A stretch of 63,976 nucleotides of DNA, filler included, from Octopus bimaculoides (lineage: Eukaryota), in the NCBI RefSeq assembly GCF_001194135.2. It is 6 parts of 5 records of this genome, joined end to end, with 100 filler letters (N's around TTAATTAATTAA, not from the genome) between each part and the next. Parts side by side here need not be neighbours in the genome. Positions count along the whole stretch, not along the records: positions 44,061 to 49,195 come from NC_069005.1; positions 49,296 to 53,852 come from NC_068981.1; positions 53,953 to 63,976 come from NC_068990.1; 3 more parts are not named here. One strand, written 5' to 3'. Position numbers and translations under genes: made by a program. Positions 47,913-61,815 of this stretch are shown here, piece after piece (the stretch's first letter is position 1; each line of letters begins with the position of its first letter). Under the pieces are notes generated by a model. The model was given only the letters and a program-made list of their open reading frames with translations. It ran no database searches and was not told the origin of the DNA.

Positions 47913-48369
47913 NNNNNNNNNNNNNNNNNNNNNNNNNNNNNNNNNNNNNNNNNNNNNNNNNNNNNNNNNNNNNNNNNNNNNNNNNNNNNNNNNNNNNNNN
48001 NNNNNNNNNNNNNNNNNNNNNNNNNNNNNNNNNNNNNNNNNNNNNNNNNNNNNNNNNNNNNNNNNNNNNNNNNNNNNNNNNNNNNNNNNNNNNNNNNNNN
48101 NNNNNNNNNNNNNNNNNNNNNNNNNNNNNNNNNNNNNNNNNNNNNNNNNNNNNNNNNNNNNNNNNNNNNNNNNNNNNNNNNNNNNNNNNNNNNNNNNNNN
48201 NNNNNNNNNNNNNNNNNNNNNNNNNNNNNNNNNNNNNNNNNNNNNNNNNNNNNNNNNNNNNNNNNNNNNNNNNNNNNNNNNNNNNNNNNNNNNNNNNNNN
48301 NNNNNNNNNNNNNNNNNNNNNNNNNNNNNNNNNNNNNNNNNNNNNNNNNNNNNNNNNNNNNNNNNNNNN

Positions 48370-48410
<41 letters not shown>

Positions 48411-48444
48411 TATATAATCTCCATAATATCTTCATGTTTATCAG

Positions 48445-48582
48445 GAACAAGAAGCAAGGACTGAAATTTTGCGAGCAAAAGTACAACGAAAGAGTATTGA
48501 AGAAAATCCAGAGAACAGAGTTTGTGAAGCTGTACCGGCACTGAGACACATCAACTTTTTCTCTGCCAAACAAAGCGAAGAG
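48445..48582 (+). CDS. LENG1: LENG1 coding exon 3
   Basis: tttatcag|GAA CAA GAA GCA AGG...GAG|gtatgt: EQEARTEILRAK...RHINFFS, matching QQEARTEFLRKK of LENG1; 138 nt. Confidence 0.88.
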
Positions 48583-49049
48583 GTATGTTTAACAAAAATA
48601 TAACGAAATTTTGAACACCTTAATTTGTCTTTTATCAGTTTCCAGAAAGCCTTTATGGAGACCTGCTGAAAGTTAGCAAGAAGATCAGACAAAGGTGGCT
48701 GTGACTGTCTAGTCACTGCTTGTGCTGTCCTGACCTGGAAGTGTCTAAATTAGTCTTGTGGAACCCACTTCTTGGTAATAAGAAGTGGAAAACAGTGTTA
48801 TACATACAGTGACAATTTGATCTCAGATACTGGCCTGGAATGTATCCAGGATCTTGAGGCAGTGATGTTCAACCAAGAAGTGTGGTCAGTGGACATTGCT
48901 GAAGCCCGGGTTCGCACCAGGCCATAATAATAATGATAATAATTTGTCATGCTGGAGCACTACCAGTTTGCAAATTGAGTTTTCTTTTTCTCTTTCCTCT
49001 AACATATCCATATTCTTATTCCATTTTAGAACATGTTACTCTTTACTTT

Positions 49050-49195
49050 CTTTTTACTCTTTTACTTGTTTCAGTCATTTGACTGCGGCCATGCTGGAGC
49101 ACCACCTTTTAATCGAGCAAATCGACCCCAGGACTTATTCTTTGTAAACCTAGTACTTATTCTGTTGGTGTGTTTTGCTGAACCGCTAAGTTACG
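49050..49195 (-). mobile_element. SINE family A tail at contig end
   Basis: Consensus match. Confidence 0.85.
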
Positions 49196-49295
49196 NNNNN
49201 NNNNNNNNNNNNNNNNNNNNNNNNNNNNNNNNNNNNNNNTTAATTAATTAANNNNNNNNNNNNNNNNNNNNNNNNNNNNNNNNNNNNNNNNNNNN
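49196..49295. other. Artificial scaffold linker
   Basis: N44-TTAATTAATTAA-N44. Confidence 0.95.
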
Positions 49296-49519
49296 ATATA
49301 TATATATATATATATATACTTATGTGTGCGTGTGTATATGTGTGTGTGTGTGTACACATGTACGTGTGTGTTTGCTAACATAAGATACGCATATATACAT
49401 ATATGATATATATACATACAAATACACACACACATACACACGCACACACACACACGCGCATATATGTATATATATATATATATATATACAATCTTCTATA
49501 TGAGGAACGTATATGTATG

Positions 49520-49573
<54 letters not shown>

Positions 49574-50355
49574 TGTGTCTGTCTGTCTGTCTGTGTCTGT
49601 GTGTGTTTTATACAATAACTCATTGACGCAGATGGTTTGTATTTTTTTCATATAGCCTGATGGGGTAGAGTAATAACTTCAGGATTTGAAAGCGTTTCCA
49701 GGCCCTATGACCTTTATGTAGCTGATGTTCAGATTAGACTTCTGCTGGTCGGACACTCTAGCAGAAAAATATGGACAGGGATTAGAGCTTTAGGGATTTG
49801 GTGTTCAAGGATGGACGATGCTATTTTTGGTTTCTTTTTTTTTTCAATGTTGGGTGAGGTGGGAAAGTCTGTATCCATGTCAATTTGCAGGGCCTCTGGG
49901 AGTGGAGGGTGGCCTTTTAAAATACTATCAACCCTAAAGCACCCAAGAACCAGATGGTGCTTTAAACCAGCCGAAAGATTATGACCAACAATTCACGGAG
50001 GTGGGAATTGAACTCAGAAAGGAAAGAGCCGCCGAAAGAAATGTCGTATGATATCCTTTTCGATCTTTTAATGATTCTGATCGGTCGTTGTCCAAGACTG
50101 ATAGTTTATTTATGGACTCTTAAAAGATGACAGGCAAAATTTACTTCTTGAGGAACTGAAGACAGAACACAAGGAACAGGAATGCTTACTGCAAGGTATT
50201 TCACCCGACACTCTAAATCTTCTGCCAATTCGCCACCTAAGCTATTGAAAGGTTTTGTAATTCTGAAGTTCTTTAAAATCACACGTCTAAGAGAAGAAAC
50301 AGTAAGAACACAGCAGAAAAGAGTTATCTAACAATGATCATGTAGTTGGATAAAC

Positions 50356-50740
50356 GTGGAGGCGCAATGGCCCAGTGGTTAGGGCAGCGGACTCGCGGTC
50401 ATAGGATCGCAGTTTCGATTCCCAGACCGGTCGTTGTGAGTGTTTATTGAGCGAAAACACTTAAAAGCTCCACGAAGCTCCGGCAGGGGATGGTGGCGAA
50501 CCTTGCTGGACTCTTTCACCACAACTTTCTCTCACTCTTACTTCCTGTTTCCTTTGTGCCTGTAATTCAATGGGTCAGCCTTGTCACACTGTGTCACGCT
50601 GAATATCCTCGAGAACTACGTTAAGGGTACACGTGTCTGTGGAGTGCTCAGCCACTTGCACGTTAATTTCACGAGCAGGCTGTTCCATTGATCGGATCAA
50701 CTGGAACCCTCGACGTCGTAAGTGACGGAATGCCAACAAC
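50356..50740 (+). mobile_element. Full-length tRNA-derived SINE (third family) with 12-bp TSD
   Basis: A box tggcccagtgg, B-box-like gtttcgattcc, (AAC)n tail; agttggataaac at 50344 and 50741. Confidence 0.9.
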
Positions 50741-51724
50741 AGTTGGATAAACATGATTTTATTTTGCATATAATCCCAATTGCTTTTCATGAGATTCTCA
50801 TTGACTACCCCTTTAGGAGTATACTTTTGTTTTTTACTTAATCATCTGCTATGACAACTAAAATAAGTACCAGTCATGTTTTGGATTCAATCTTCGATGA
50901 CAGTTCATTTCACATGCAATGATAAATGTAGGAGCACGTGCCTCTGTTAGAAATCTTTATTTAGTTGAAAGAGAAAGGGGAGAAGAAGGAAGATGAACAG
51001 GAAGAGGTCAATGAATCGGAAAAAGAACACTGAAAAAAGGGAACCCTGAAATGCAGTATATCTGGGAAGAATGATTGAACAAAAATGTTTGGTACGCGTG
51101 CTTAAGTAGAGTCATTTGGTATGATGAGAGAAAGAGGATTTGTGAAGAAGAATAAAGAAAACATAATGCTAGTAAATCGATAAAGTACACACGTTGGTAA
51201 TAAAATAATAGTATATCACGTTGGTAATATTATATAAAGCTTAATATTGGTAACAGGATAATATACAGTGTGTTCGTAATTCAATAAAATATACAGTGTT
51301 GGTAATATAATGGTTTCAAATTTTAGCACAAGGTCAGCAAGTTCAGAGGAGGGGGTAAGTTGATTACATCGACCCCAGTACAAACACACACACACACACA
51401 CATGCGCATGATTGTTTGTACGTGTGTGCGTAAGTATGAGAATGTGTACAAAAGGTTGTGGCATCTTTGCAGCATTGTAGGCCACCGATCAATGATGGAA
51501 CCCAGAGTATTTATTTGTTGGCAGCAAGCCACAACATGCATAAATCAGATTTGGGTCTTTAGGCTAGTTACACCGCTGCGCAACTGCCCAGGTGCCAATG
51601 TCTTAAGACGGCACTTCATAAGGCATAACTTTTCCTTGTGTTTTAGTACTATTCTAGCGGAAGGTGTGCGTCACATCTGTGTTGTGTCTCCATGTCATAG
51701 TATTTGATTTCAAGATTTGGCAAG

Positions 51725-51900
51725 AAGAAGGTAAGTCGATTACATCGACCCCAGTGCTCAACTGGTACTTATTTCAACGACGCCGAAAGGATGAAAGGCA
51801 AAGTCGATCTCGGCGAAATTTGAACTCAGAACATGAAGACGGACGAAATACTGCTAAGCATTTTACACGGCGTGCCAACGATTCTGCCAGTTCGCCGCTT
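51725..51900 (-). mobile_element. SINE family B copy
   Basis: Consensus match. Confidence 0.8.
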
Positions 51901-52284
51901 TAGTGTGAAGAAAATACATGATGTCGGTAATGGTATAATACTTGTAATGTTAGTTCCATGTTACATCTCGCGGTTTCTTTGGGATACGCCATTAGTGATG
52001 TTGCTGAGATATCAAGGTGTTTCATGTTTTTTTCAACATGAGGCTCCTCACTCAGTTAACCCAGCTGAGATTAATCAAATCACAATTTGCGTCTCAGTAG
52101 CAACAAATCATTGGTCCGCCCTCTTTATTAAAAGGCATCTGCAGCTTACGCGATGGAATGTATAGCCTTCCTGATTTCTTCTCCAATCACATTTTTCAGA
52201 ATGATCACCTCTTTACAATACTGGTAATTAAATAAAATACACAGCATTGGTGATACGAGAAAACACATAATTATTCGTTCTACT

Positions 52285-53175
52285 TAAAGTGGTGAGTTGA
52301 CAGAATTGTTAGCACGCCGGATGAAATTCTGGGCTCATTCTGTTTACGTTTACGTTCTGAGTTCAAATTCCGCCGAGATCGACTTTATCTTTCCTCATTT
52401 CGGGGTCGTTAAACTAAGTACCAGTCGAGTACTTATGTTATTGATGTAATGGAATTCATTCCTCTCCTTAAAAATTGTTGGTACTGTGCCAACATTTCAA
52501 ACTATTATTTATTCGTTCTACAAACGCATAATGTTTCGTGATACAAATGGATTCATTTGTCTTTACGTTCTGATTTCAAATTCCACCGAGATCCCTTTCG
52601 GACTCGATGAAATAAGTACCACTGAATACTGGGGGCAATGTAACCGACTAGCAACTTCACTCCTCATCTCCCCGACCCCAAAATTTCAGGACTTACGTTT
52701 CTAGTGGAAAAGATCTTTCTTTTCTTTTTTTTTTTATATAAATTGATGATGTTGGGAATGTAACAGAAATACATAAGACGGTCATCAATCAGAATCGTTA
52801 GTACGCATGGCAAAATGCTTAGCGGCATTTCGTCTATCCTTACGTTCTGGGTTCAACTTCCGTTGAGTTTAACTTTGCCTGTCACCCTTTCAGAGACGAT
52901 AAAATAGATTGCAAGTAAGCACTGAGGTCAATGTAATCGCCTTAACTTACCCCTCCCCACAAATTTCAGACTTTATGCCTATAGTAGAAAGAATTATTAT
53001 AAGGTGGCGAGCTGGTAAAATCGATAGCATTCCGAACAAAATACCTAGCGGCATTTCGTCCGTCATTACGCTGTGAGTTCGAATTCAGACTGAGTTCAAA
53101 TTTAAACTGGGGTTGATATTATCGACTTGTATCTTCTCCCGAGATTGCTGGCCTTGTGCCAAAGTTTGAAACCAA
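52285..53175 (+). mobile_element. Cluster of about four same-orientation SINE family B copies
   Basis: Repeated ttacgttctgagttcaaattccgccgag...aagtacca...aatttcagg..ttgtgcc modules. Confidence 0.75.
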
Positions 53176-53852
53176 TATAACAAAAATACATAGGACAGCA
53201 ATCTACGTTGGTTTCAACGATATGTGTTCCATTGGTCAATCAGTGATATGATCCACTCAATGAATTACTGTGTGAGTGGATGAGTAGTCAACAGACACAT
53301 GATTTCTGATATTGACACAAACTTCATATTTCAAGGGAAGAGAATGTAAGCGATTACATCGACCCCTTGTATTACATTTGTAGTTCATTTTATCGATCAT
53401 CGAAGGACATGCAAATTAAACTCCAGGGTGATTCGTGTGTAAAAGGCACCAAACAGAATAACGCAAGCAGTATTTTGTTTATGCTTTCCTGGATTCAAAA
53501 CACTTGGCAAGAACCATTACAATAGTACATGCGCATCAATACGAAATGAATATGCCATAGATTACTCAATAATGTAAGGGTGAATGTGTATAAAACTTCA
53601 TTATTTAAATAATTTTCAACATCTCATTTAATATTCTCGGTTTCCTGCGAACAGACAAAGTCTATTGTCATTTACTCAATTATTTAAGGAATTGACTGTT
53701 TGCCATATAACATTCTGGTTATTAGTCAGTTTTCTAAACAACTGAAGGCCGATTCTAATACTTAACTCTTCCTGCAAAGTTCCTTATATCCGAATATCCG
53801 AAAGAACTGTAAGCTAGTGATGACAACAATGAGACTTTATATATATATATAT

Positions 53853-53952
53853 NNNNNNNNNNNNNNNNNNNNNNNNNNNNNNNNNNNNNNNNNNNNTTAA
53901 TTAATTAANNNNNNNNNNNNNNNNNNNNNNNNNNNNNNNNNNNNNNNNNNNN
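53853..53952. other. Artificial scaffold linker
   Basis: N44-TTAATTAATTAA-N44. Confidence 0.95.
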
Positions 53953-53995
<43 letters not shown>

Positions 53996-55632
53996 CGTGT
54001 GTGTGTTTGTGTGTGCGTATGTGAAAGAGTGAGGTGAGTTGACGTTGAAGTGGTGTGGATTAACGTAAAATGTAATTATGTACGATGGTGTTGTATAATA
54101 ATGTATGTCTTTACGTCAATGTGTGTCTGTGTGTATGTATGTGTGCGTGTGAGTGTGTAAGAATGTGTATGCTTGTCTGTGTTTGTGTGTGTGTGCGCGT
54201 GTGTCTGCGGTTGCCCATCTCTGTCTGTGAGTGATTCTTTTTGTATAGGTATGGCACTCCTTCGTTCAGAGGTTATGATGACCGGCTCAGTAGCAAGGTA
54301 GTAAAGAGAAGTTACGAAATCCAAATATACAAGATAACAAAGTTATTCTCTTTATCCTTCGTGCAACTAGTCACCCCTTAAATTCTAAGTTATTCCTCAT
54401 CTCTATTGTCCCTCTTATCAACATCATGCGCCAGCGTTTATGATTATGGAGCTACGATCTTTCGCCAAGAATGCATGTTCAACTATACTTTGAAGAATGC
54501 AGGCTTTTGCAGACGTACATACCAACATACTTACGTACATGCATACACACAAACACACACACATGCACACGCACACACACATACACACTCACATATGTAA
54601 TGGTGTTTATCTTAATATTTCATATATAAGACCAGAATTCAATTCGATTTAAAAAATAACGCTATCACCTTCAACTGAAGACCAACGCTGGAAGCTTGTT
54701 TGGATTAGTTTACTTTGAAAACGTCGTAAATGATGGACCCTCGATGAAATTGCGGTGACTGGGACGCATAATTGCATACAGAGCAATGTGTAGTTGCTGC
54801 AGTTGAAACATATGTTGGTCATCGTTATATATGCCGTAGAAAACTATTCAATAAAAAAAAGTTTTGGATGTGAATAAATGTCCACTCCCGAATACAACAT
54901 GCAAATGTGTTGTAGTTTAGTTTATTTAGTATCAACAAGCTCAAATTTTAGGAGATAATTACCATTAGAGCCTGTGCTGTATGTGCTTATACTGTGAAAA
55001 TTGGTCCATCATTTCAAATGCGGTTAAAAGATTATGAATGCAAAACCCTGACTGTTAACATGCAGAAAGCTGAGATCGTCTGTACCGCCTTGTTGCCCCC
55101 TCGCCGCTTTCTCAGTTCAATTGCCACAACCCCCTTCTTTTTCACTACTGTCGGAGGCCTTGTAAAGTTTCTTGGGGGTTCTTCCTCCCCAAATGAATAT
55201 AAGATTTAAAAAGCTATCCACAGTCCACCGACTCGGGTACTTCGAGAAAATCATTCCCAACAATTGCATACTTGACAGGGAAAAACTGCCTCAGGCAAGC
55301 CTTCTCATCCTATTGAAGACTTAGAAGGAGTTTTCTTAACAATTATCTCAGAATTTGTACCAAGATTCTCAACAATAGGGATGTCTATGTATGAGTGCGC
55401 AACATGGGTCACGTATCGAAACCCTAGAGGCTGCTTTCCCTATCCAAGACTTTCCATTTCCTTACAAGATAGGCTTATGCGTCTTGAACCCACCCCTCCC
55501 TAGAACTAACATTAGCAGCTTTCAATATAAACTATACAGGCTAATTTATGTAGTATGCATATCTGTAGTACGCATCTCTCCAGTTTGATCCTCTACAGTC
55601 AACTCCAAAAGATGGTCAAAGTTTGATTGGAG

Positions 55633-55708
55633 AACATCAAAAGCGCTTTAAACATCAAAAGCGCTTTAAACATCAAAAGCGCTTTAAACATCAAAAGCGC
55701 TTTAAACA
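55633..55708. repeat. Perfect 18-bp tandem repeat x4 (aaacatcaaaagcgcttt)
   Basis: Direct inspection. Confidence 0.95.
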
Positions 55709-58695
55709 CCAACTGAACACTACTATTACCCATCCAAAGCTTTTGCAGACTTAGTTAAAGAAGTGAATCGAAAACATGAAAGAAAAGTGCAATCAGAGTA
55801 TTTGACTTGCGTTAACATCAAATAGGGAACTGAAATTTACAAAACAGCATACTTGTTTAAATGTTGTCTCAAACAACAACAATATCAAGTTGGTTACATC
55901 TTACTTTCATGTATGCTTTATCCGTATACTCTACCAATGGTTTTCTATTTATCGGTCTTAATGGGTTCATCTTTGCTACTTATTATTTATTCTTTCTTAT
56001 TCTGTTTCAGACTACTTTGCCAACCACATCGTAATAGCATCTAGCAAACATTGGCATTGATCTAGTGAAAGTCTTCTATTTTAGCTTGGCACAGCCTATA
56101 TTTCTTGCTACCTTCTGAGTATTATGTAGCAGGACGGAAACTACTTATTCCTGGATTACCTGGCGGTAGTCTTCAAGATGATCCTAGAAACGTATCACTA
56201 CTCCATGCTAGACTTTTAGCTTTGTTTACTCCCTCTCTGGTCTTCATTTTTCGTGTCAAGTTTCTATGTAAAACCTTCTCAATGAAGTGAGTTTATCTTG
56301 TTATTTTGCAGTTGCATTCCAAAGAATTTTTAATGTTCCTTAAACAGAGATTTGTGTGAAACCTTGTTTCAAATTTTGCTTCAGGTTTACTAGTTATATT
56401 TACGAGGTTTTCATTTTCGTGTTCTAAACTTGAGCAGGTTTGTTGTTGAGCCTTCTCTCTGCTGGAGATGTTGTTTCAGTGTTTCAGTCCAGGGCTCATG
56501 AGATGTTAATGCAGATTGAACGCCAGGGCCACCCTCCTCGCGTGGGAAATAAAATCTGTCAGCTTTACCATTGATGTTTAAATTCTAGTGTGTGCTTATA
56601 GATATACATTCATGTATGTATTTATGTATATATTCATGTATATGTGTGTGCATGTATATATGTGTCTCCTTCTTCTTCATTCTTTAAATTCTTCCTATAA
56701 AGAGTGGACTAGTTTCTGACTAAAAAAAACAAATTTCAGTCATTATAATTTAGTAAGGTATAAAGTTACATCTCAAAAATCACTTAATAACATTACCGGG
56801 TGGTGCACATAATTTTGAGTGGAAATGTAATTTATTATCTAAGGATAGTAGTAATAGGTTTCGAAATAGTTGGCCGTAAATATTCCCTCTATCGCTAATT
56901 TTTAATTAAATGTTCGCATCTACAAAGTAGCTGGCGTTTATTCATAGATATTTTATGTTCAAACAGCTTTTACGATGTCTGTTATGTTTTGTATTTAATG
57001 AAAGTTTTTACCTTTCTGCTCTTTACGTTCTAAGTTCAAATCTGCCGAAGTCACCTTTGCATTTCATCCGGACTTGATGAAATAAAGTCCTAGGTAAATA
57101 CTGGAGTCGATGGTATCGACTACCCACCCCTACCCCTCACAATTGCTGATCCTATGTCTAAAGTAGAAGCCACTATCTATCTTTTGAGTACACAAATATG
57201 CTTCGGCATGGACGGAATGCCATGGGACAACGAAAATGTTTTGTTGTTGTTCCAAAGCAGTCCACCCAATGGAACGTTTCGTACAGAGCGATTCAAAAGT
57301 ACTTTTGGCGTTTTAATTTTATACATCCTTTATATGTGAAGGGATTTCTAAATCATCCTGCATATTGTTTTAGCAACATCTTACCTTAAAGGAAGTAATA
57401 ACATGAAGAAAGGCATTTGAGCAGATTCCTACTTCACGTGTCATATCGTTGGTTAATCGACATTTTCGGTTGCATCTTCAGGCTTTCAAGACTTACCTGT
57501 CTTTTGATCAAAGTTTTTAGTACTTATCTTTTACCCTGGGAATGCAAAAGTGTAGTCTTCGAAGTGCAAGTGATGCAACGATTACGAAAGTTAGAGGTTC
57601 CTGTTGTGAACATAATTTTCAAGATTTTGAGCATTACTTTTAGATGGTTTGCAGAATGTTTCACCGCTAGATTTTATTTAGGTATGTTTTCCATAATTGA
57701 CTACAGAGGGTTTACCGGGAAGTTCACCTATCTTATGTTGCTCATCTCAGACTGGAGCAAATGGTCGAGATAGTTGTTCTCACTGTTCTTAAGCAGATAC
57801 TGTCTAAGTGAAACTATACGACACTCAAATGATATCTGAACTTTCATAAGTCTCTTTCCTTTGTTATTCACTTTGAACGTAGAGTTTGTTAATGTAGCTA
57901 TTTCATAATTCGATTTCATAATTCAATCCGGTCACTAATAAAGTGATCCATTTCCAGGTGCTACAGTTTACCCGCGAGTACCAAAGAGTGACAGTTTCGA
58001 AGGCTTCTAATTCATTGTACGTTGTACTTTGCTAGAAGTGGTCTTCAGAGCAGACAAGTTCGCTTTCTTAGTTCATTCTTTTTCTGAGTTCATTGTTGAT
58101 CCATAAGATCATTTCAGCTGTGATCGAAGTTGCAGATTGAAGATTGGGAAGTACAGTAATCAAAGCAACCCTAGTTGAAGCAGATGGCTATTATCGATTT
58201 CGGTACACAATTGTTTGCAGAAAGCGAGTAAGTCACAGTGTTCTGTATGTAGACAGTGTTTATGCAGCTGTTCTGTATGTATTGTTCCATATGAAACGTG
58301 TGCGTGTGCGGGCGCGTGTGCAGTGGTGTTGTGTATGTAGTGCGTATCTATTTGTGCAACAATGTTCTGCATGTAGAGGATATGTGTTTATGTAGCTGTG
58401 TTCCTTATGAGAGTATATATGTGTATACAGCTGGGGTCTTATTGTAAAGTATGTATGTGTATGCAACTGTACTTTTTTTCTATATGTGGTATATATGTGT
58501 TCTGTGTTTAGTATGCATTATGTGTGTATGTACAGGTGCATACCCTATGTGGTCTGTTTAAAGTGTGTATGACTGTGCAGTTGTCTTTTTTATGTTGCTG
58601 TTGTTTAACTCTTGCTCAGCCATTATCATTCAAATGTATTCCTGACGTGACCATACCATCTTTTTCCTGCATATCGTGCGCCTAGAATCACGAAT

Positions 58696-58750
<55 letters not shown>

Positions 58751-59337
58751 NNNNNNNNNNNNNNNNNNNNNNNNNNNNNNNNNNNNNNNNNNNNNNNNNN
58801 NNNNNNNNNNNNNNNNNNNNNNNNNNNNNNNNNNNNNNNNNNNNNNNNNNNNNNNNNNNNNNNNNNNNNNNNNNNNNNNNNNNNNNNNNNNNNNNNNNNN
58901 NNNNNNNNNNNNNNNNNNNNNNNNNNNNNNNNNNNNNNNNNNNNNNNNNNNNNNNNNNNNNNNNNNNNNNNNNNNNNNNNNNNNNNNNNNNNNNNNNNNN
59001 NNNNNNNNNNNNNNNNNNNNNNNNNNNNNNNNNNNNNNNNNNNNNNNNNNNNNNNNNNNNNNNNNNNNNNNNNNNNNNNNNNNNNNNNNNNNNNNNNNNN
59101 NNNNNNNNNNNNNNNNNNNNNNNNNNNNNNNNNNNNNNNNNNNNNNNNNNNNNNNNNNNNNNNNNNNNNNNNNNNNNNNNNNNNNNNNNNNNNNNNNNNN
59201 NNNNNNNNNNNNNNNNNNNNNNNNNNNNNNNNNNNNNNNNNNNNNNNNNNNNNNNNNNNNNNNNNNNNNNNNNNNNNNNNNNNNNNNNNNNNNNNNNNNN
59301 NNNNNNNNNNNNNNNNNNNNNNNNNNNNNNNNNNNNN

Positions 59338-59403
<66 letters not shown>

Positions 59404-60877
59404 GTACGAAATATTTGATTGGTTATAGAAGGAGAATAAATTTTGCCTCAATATCTGATGTGTGTAACGCAGTTTTGATGCTTTTAAATTCCGGCTTCAA
59501 TAATGTGTGTGTGTGTGTATGTGTAGAGTAAGAGAGAGAGAGGGGTGTGAGAGAAAGAGAGAAAGAGGGGTGTGAGATAAAGAGAGAGAGAGAGAGGGGT
59601 GTGAGAGAAAGAGAGAGGAGAAAGGTGTATATCATTATGTAAGAAACGTTTATATGCAATGTAAAAAATTACTAATATGACGGCTAAAAACTACTTAAAT
59701 ATCCTCTAGCAAAGCTGTTAGAGTATCGGATAGAAACCTTAGCTGTATTTGTTGTGGCTCTCTGCACTTCAGGTTGAAATCTTACTCAGATCAACTTCGC
59801 GTTTAACTTTCAGGGTCGATGAATAAAGTAGCAATCCAGAGCAGTGGATTGGTGGCAACAGATTGTTATAACTTGAGATAAGATGCTTTGTCGTGTCCCT
59901 TTCCACTATATGAGTTCAGAAATAAATACTACCTGTAGCTTTTTTTGGAACCCGGTAAGAATAAGCGATAAAGTGTAGAAGTCTTTAAACGCATGCTATA
60001 CTATTTCGGCTGATCGTTGCCAATGCCAGCGCACCAGTTAACAGGAAAGAATACAAGGAATTTTTTAAAGTTCTGACCGCTTTCTTTCCTTCTCTGTTTA
60101 TTATAAATATATATAATTTTATGTCAATAATTATGAATTTGCCGTTTAGGGCGGTGGAAATTACTACAACAGCGATACCCTGTTGTTTTCCGCATTTATT
60201 TTCATTCAATTTTTTTTTAATATTATTTTATTTTTCTTTTAACTCCAGTTGGGAAGTTTTCATTATAACAACATACACCAGTGAAACATTTTCGTTCTTT
60301 ATTTATATAAAAACATTATTTAGCAGATGTAAAGTACATCACAATGTTATACAACTGTTTTAATTAATAACGATTTCATTTCTAATTAACATATTATTTT
60401 CATTATGATGTCACCTGTTTTCAACTTACACCATGTTTTCATTGAATATCCGGGCATAACTCCTTGTGCTTCCGGTATGTAAATTTATTTCTTTTGGTTT
60501 GAAAAGAAGACTTTGTGTCAGATGCCACGTATTATCGTTGGTGCTGGTAAAGTTCTGATTGTTTCATTGAGGCATCGACCTGCTATAAACAGCAGCAGTA
60601 TCCTCAAATCATATACTTCCGTCTTTAAGAAGGATAGAAACATTTGCTAAAGCATGGTATGATCATGGCTAGAATGCCTTCGGTCCATAAGCCTGATCAA
60701 TCAATTTTATTTCCCCCGCCACCACTTCCTATTCTTGCTTTTCTTCCTCCGTCTTCTTTTCCTCCCCTTCTTTTCCTCCTCCTCCTCTTCTCCTCCTCCT
60801 CTTCCTCCTCCTCATCATTAATTGTATATAAGTGTCTTTATTCCGTGCAAGTCTCAGTATAAGAAATTATATATATA

Positions 60878-60979
60878 AACTTCATCGATTTCGAAAAATC
60901 TTTCGATTCAGTTCATTGGGACAGTTTATGGGATATCATGGGGCAGTATGGCATACCAAGCAAAATTATCAAATTAATG
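60878..60979 (+). mobile_element. Short RTE-type reverse transcriptase fragment
   Basis: NFIDFEKSFDSVHWDSLWDIMGQYGIPSKIIKLM (F.DFEKAFDSV motif). Confidence 0.8.
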
Positions 60980-61039
60980 TAGAAAGATGGTGAAGTCGTG
61001 ACGAAAACATTTTTTAAACCGACAACACTAATGGGAATT

Positions 61040-61815
61040 TTCTATTTTCTTATTGTCTTATTTCTTATTTTCCAGATATTCGGTCGCTTAACTGTTCAGG
61101 AGCGAACTACGATAGCAGCATGCCGTGAAGTGTAGAATTCCATTGTTTGGGTTCAGAGATGATGGCATGCATGGAAAGGTAAGCATGCAACACTACGTCC
61201 GGTGACAATAAAAAGGTGTCATGCAAAGCTGAATACCACGGTGGGTTCTGTGAATGATGCAAGAAGAAGTGGCCGTCCAACCACATCCCGATTAGCAGAA
61301 AACGTGGCAGCAGTGCAGGAAATGTTTAATCGCAGCCCGCAAAAATCAACATGTCAAGCAGCTCGTGAAAGTGGACTAACAAGACACACTATACGTACGG
61401 TGTTGCATAAAGAATTGAATTTTCGTCCATGGAAACACCATTACATGCAGGAGCTAAAGCCTGAACACTGTGACCGCAGAAGTCCAGAAGTCCAGAACTC
61501 CAAGAATTTCAGCTCTCACTCCATGTGAAGAGTTGTGCAAAACAAAACCTCACACACTGGATGATTTGGAGTCACGGATTCAGGAAGTTCTCAGTGATAT
61601 ACTAGATGACATCCTTCAAAAGTTTGTTCATTCCATACCTGGCCGTTTGAGGAAACTGGTTGACGCCACCGGTGCTTACGTTGAAATATGAAGATTTACT
61701 TTTATTTTCCCATGAAATAAAAAAAACCTGTATCATTTGTTTCCATAAATTTGTAAAAGAATTTGGATTTTATTACCAATTATTAATGTCGATTTACTTT
61801 TCACCCACCCTGTAT
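61040..61815 (+). mobile_element. Tc1/mariner (rosa/maT-like) remnant with catalytic domain deleted
   Basis: RRSGRPTT...RSPQKSTCQAARESGLTRHTIRTVLHKELNFRPWK; KPHTLDDLESRI...GAYVE; terminus cacccaccctg-ta. Confidence 0.8.

Noticed and set aside
54253-54301. Possible 49-nt exon (YGTPSFRGYDDRLSSK)
   Set aside because: Plausible AG/GT but no homology, no partner exons and a weak donor.
55633-55708. CRISPR-like array
   Set aside because: Units are contiguous with no spacers, there are no cas genes and the context is eukaryotic; the dispersed SINE copies are not arrays either.
57400-58230. Coding exon ending at CGA|gtaagt (58227), or a retroelement ORF
   Set aside because: No in-frame acceptor upstream of the stop at 58138; the region has many stops and no motif I could name.
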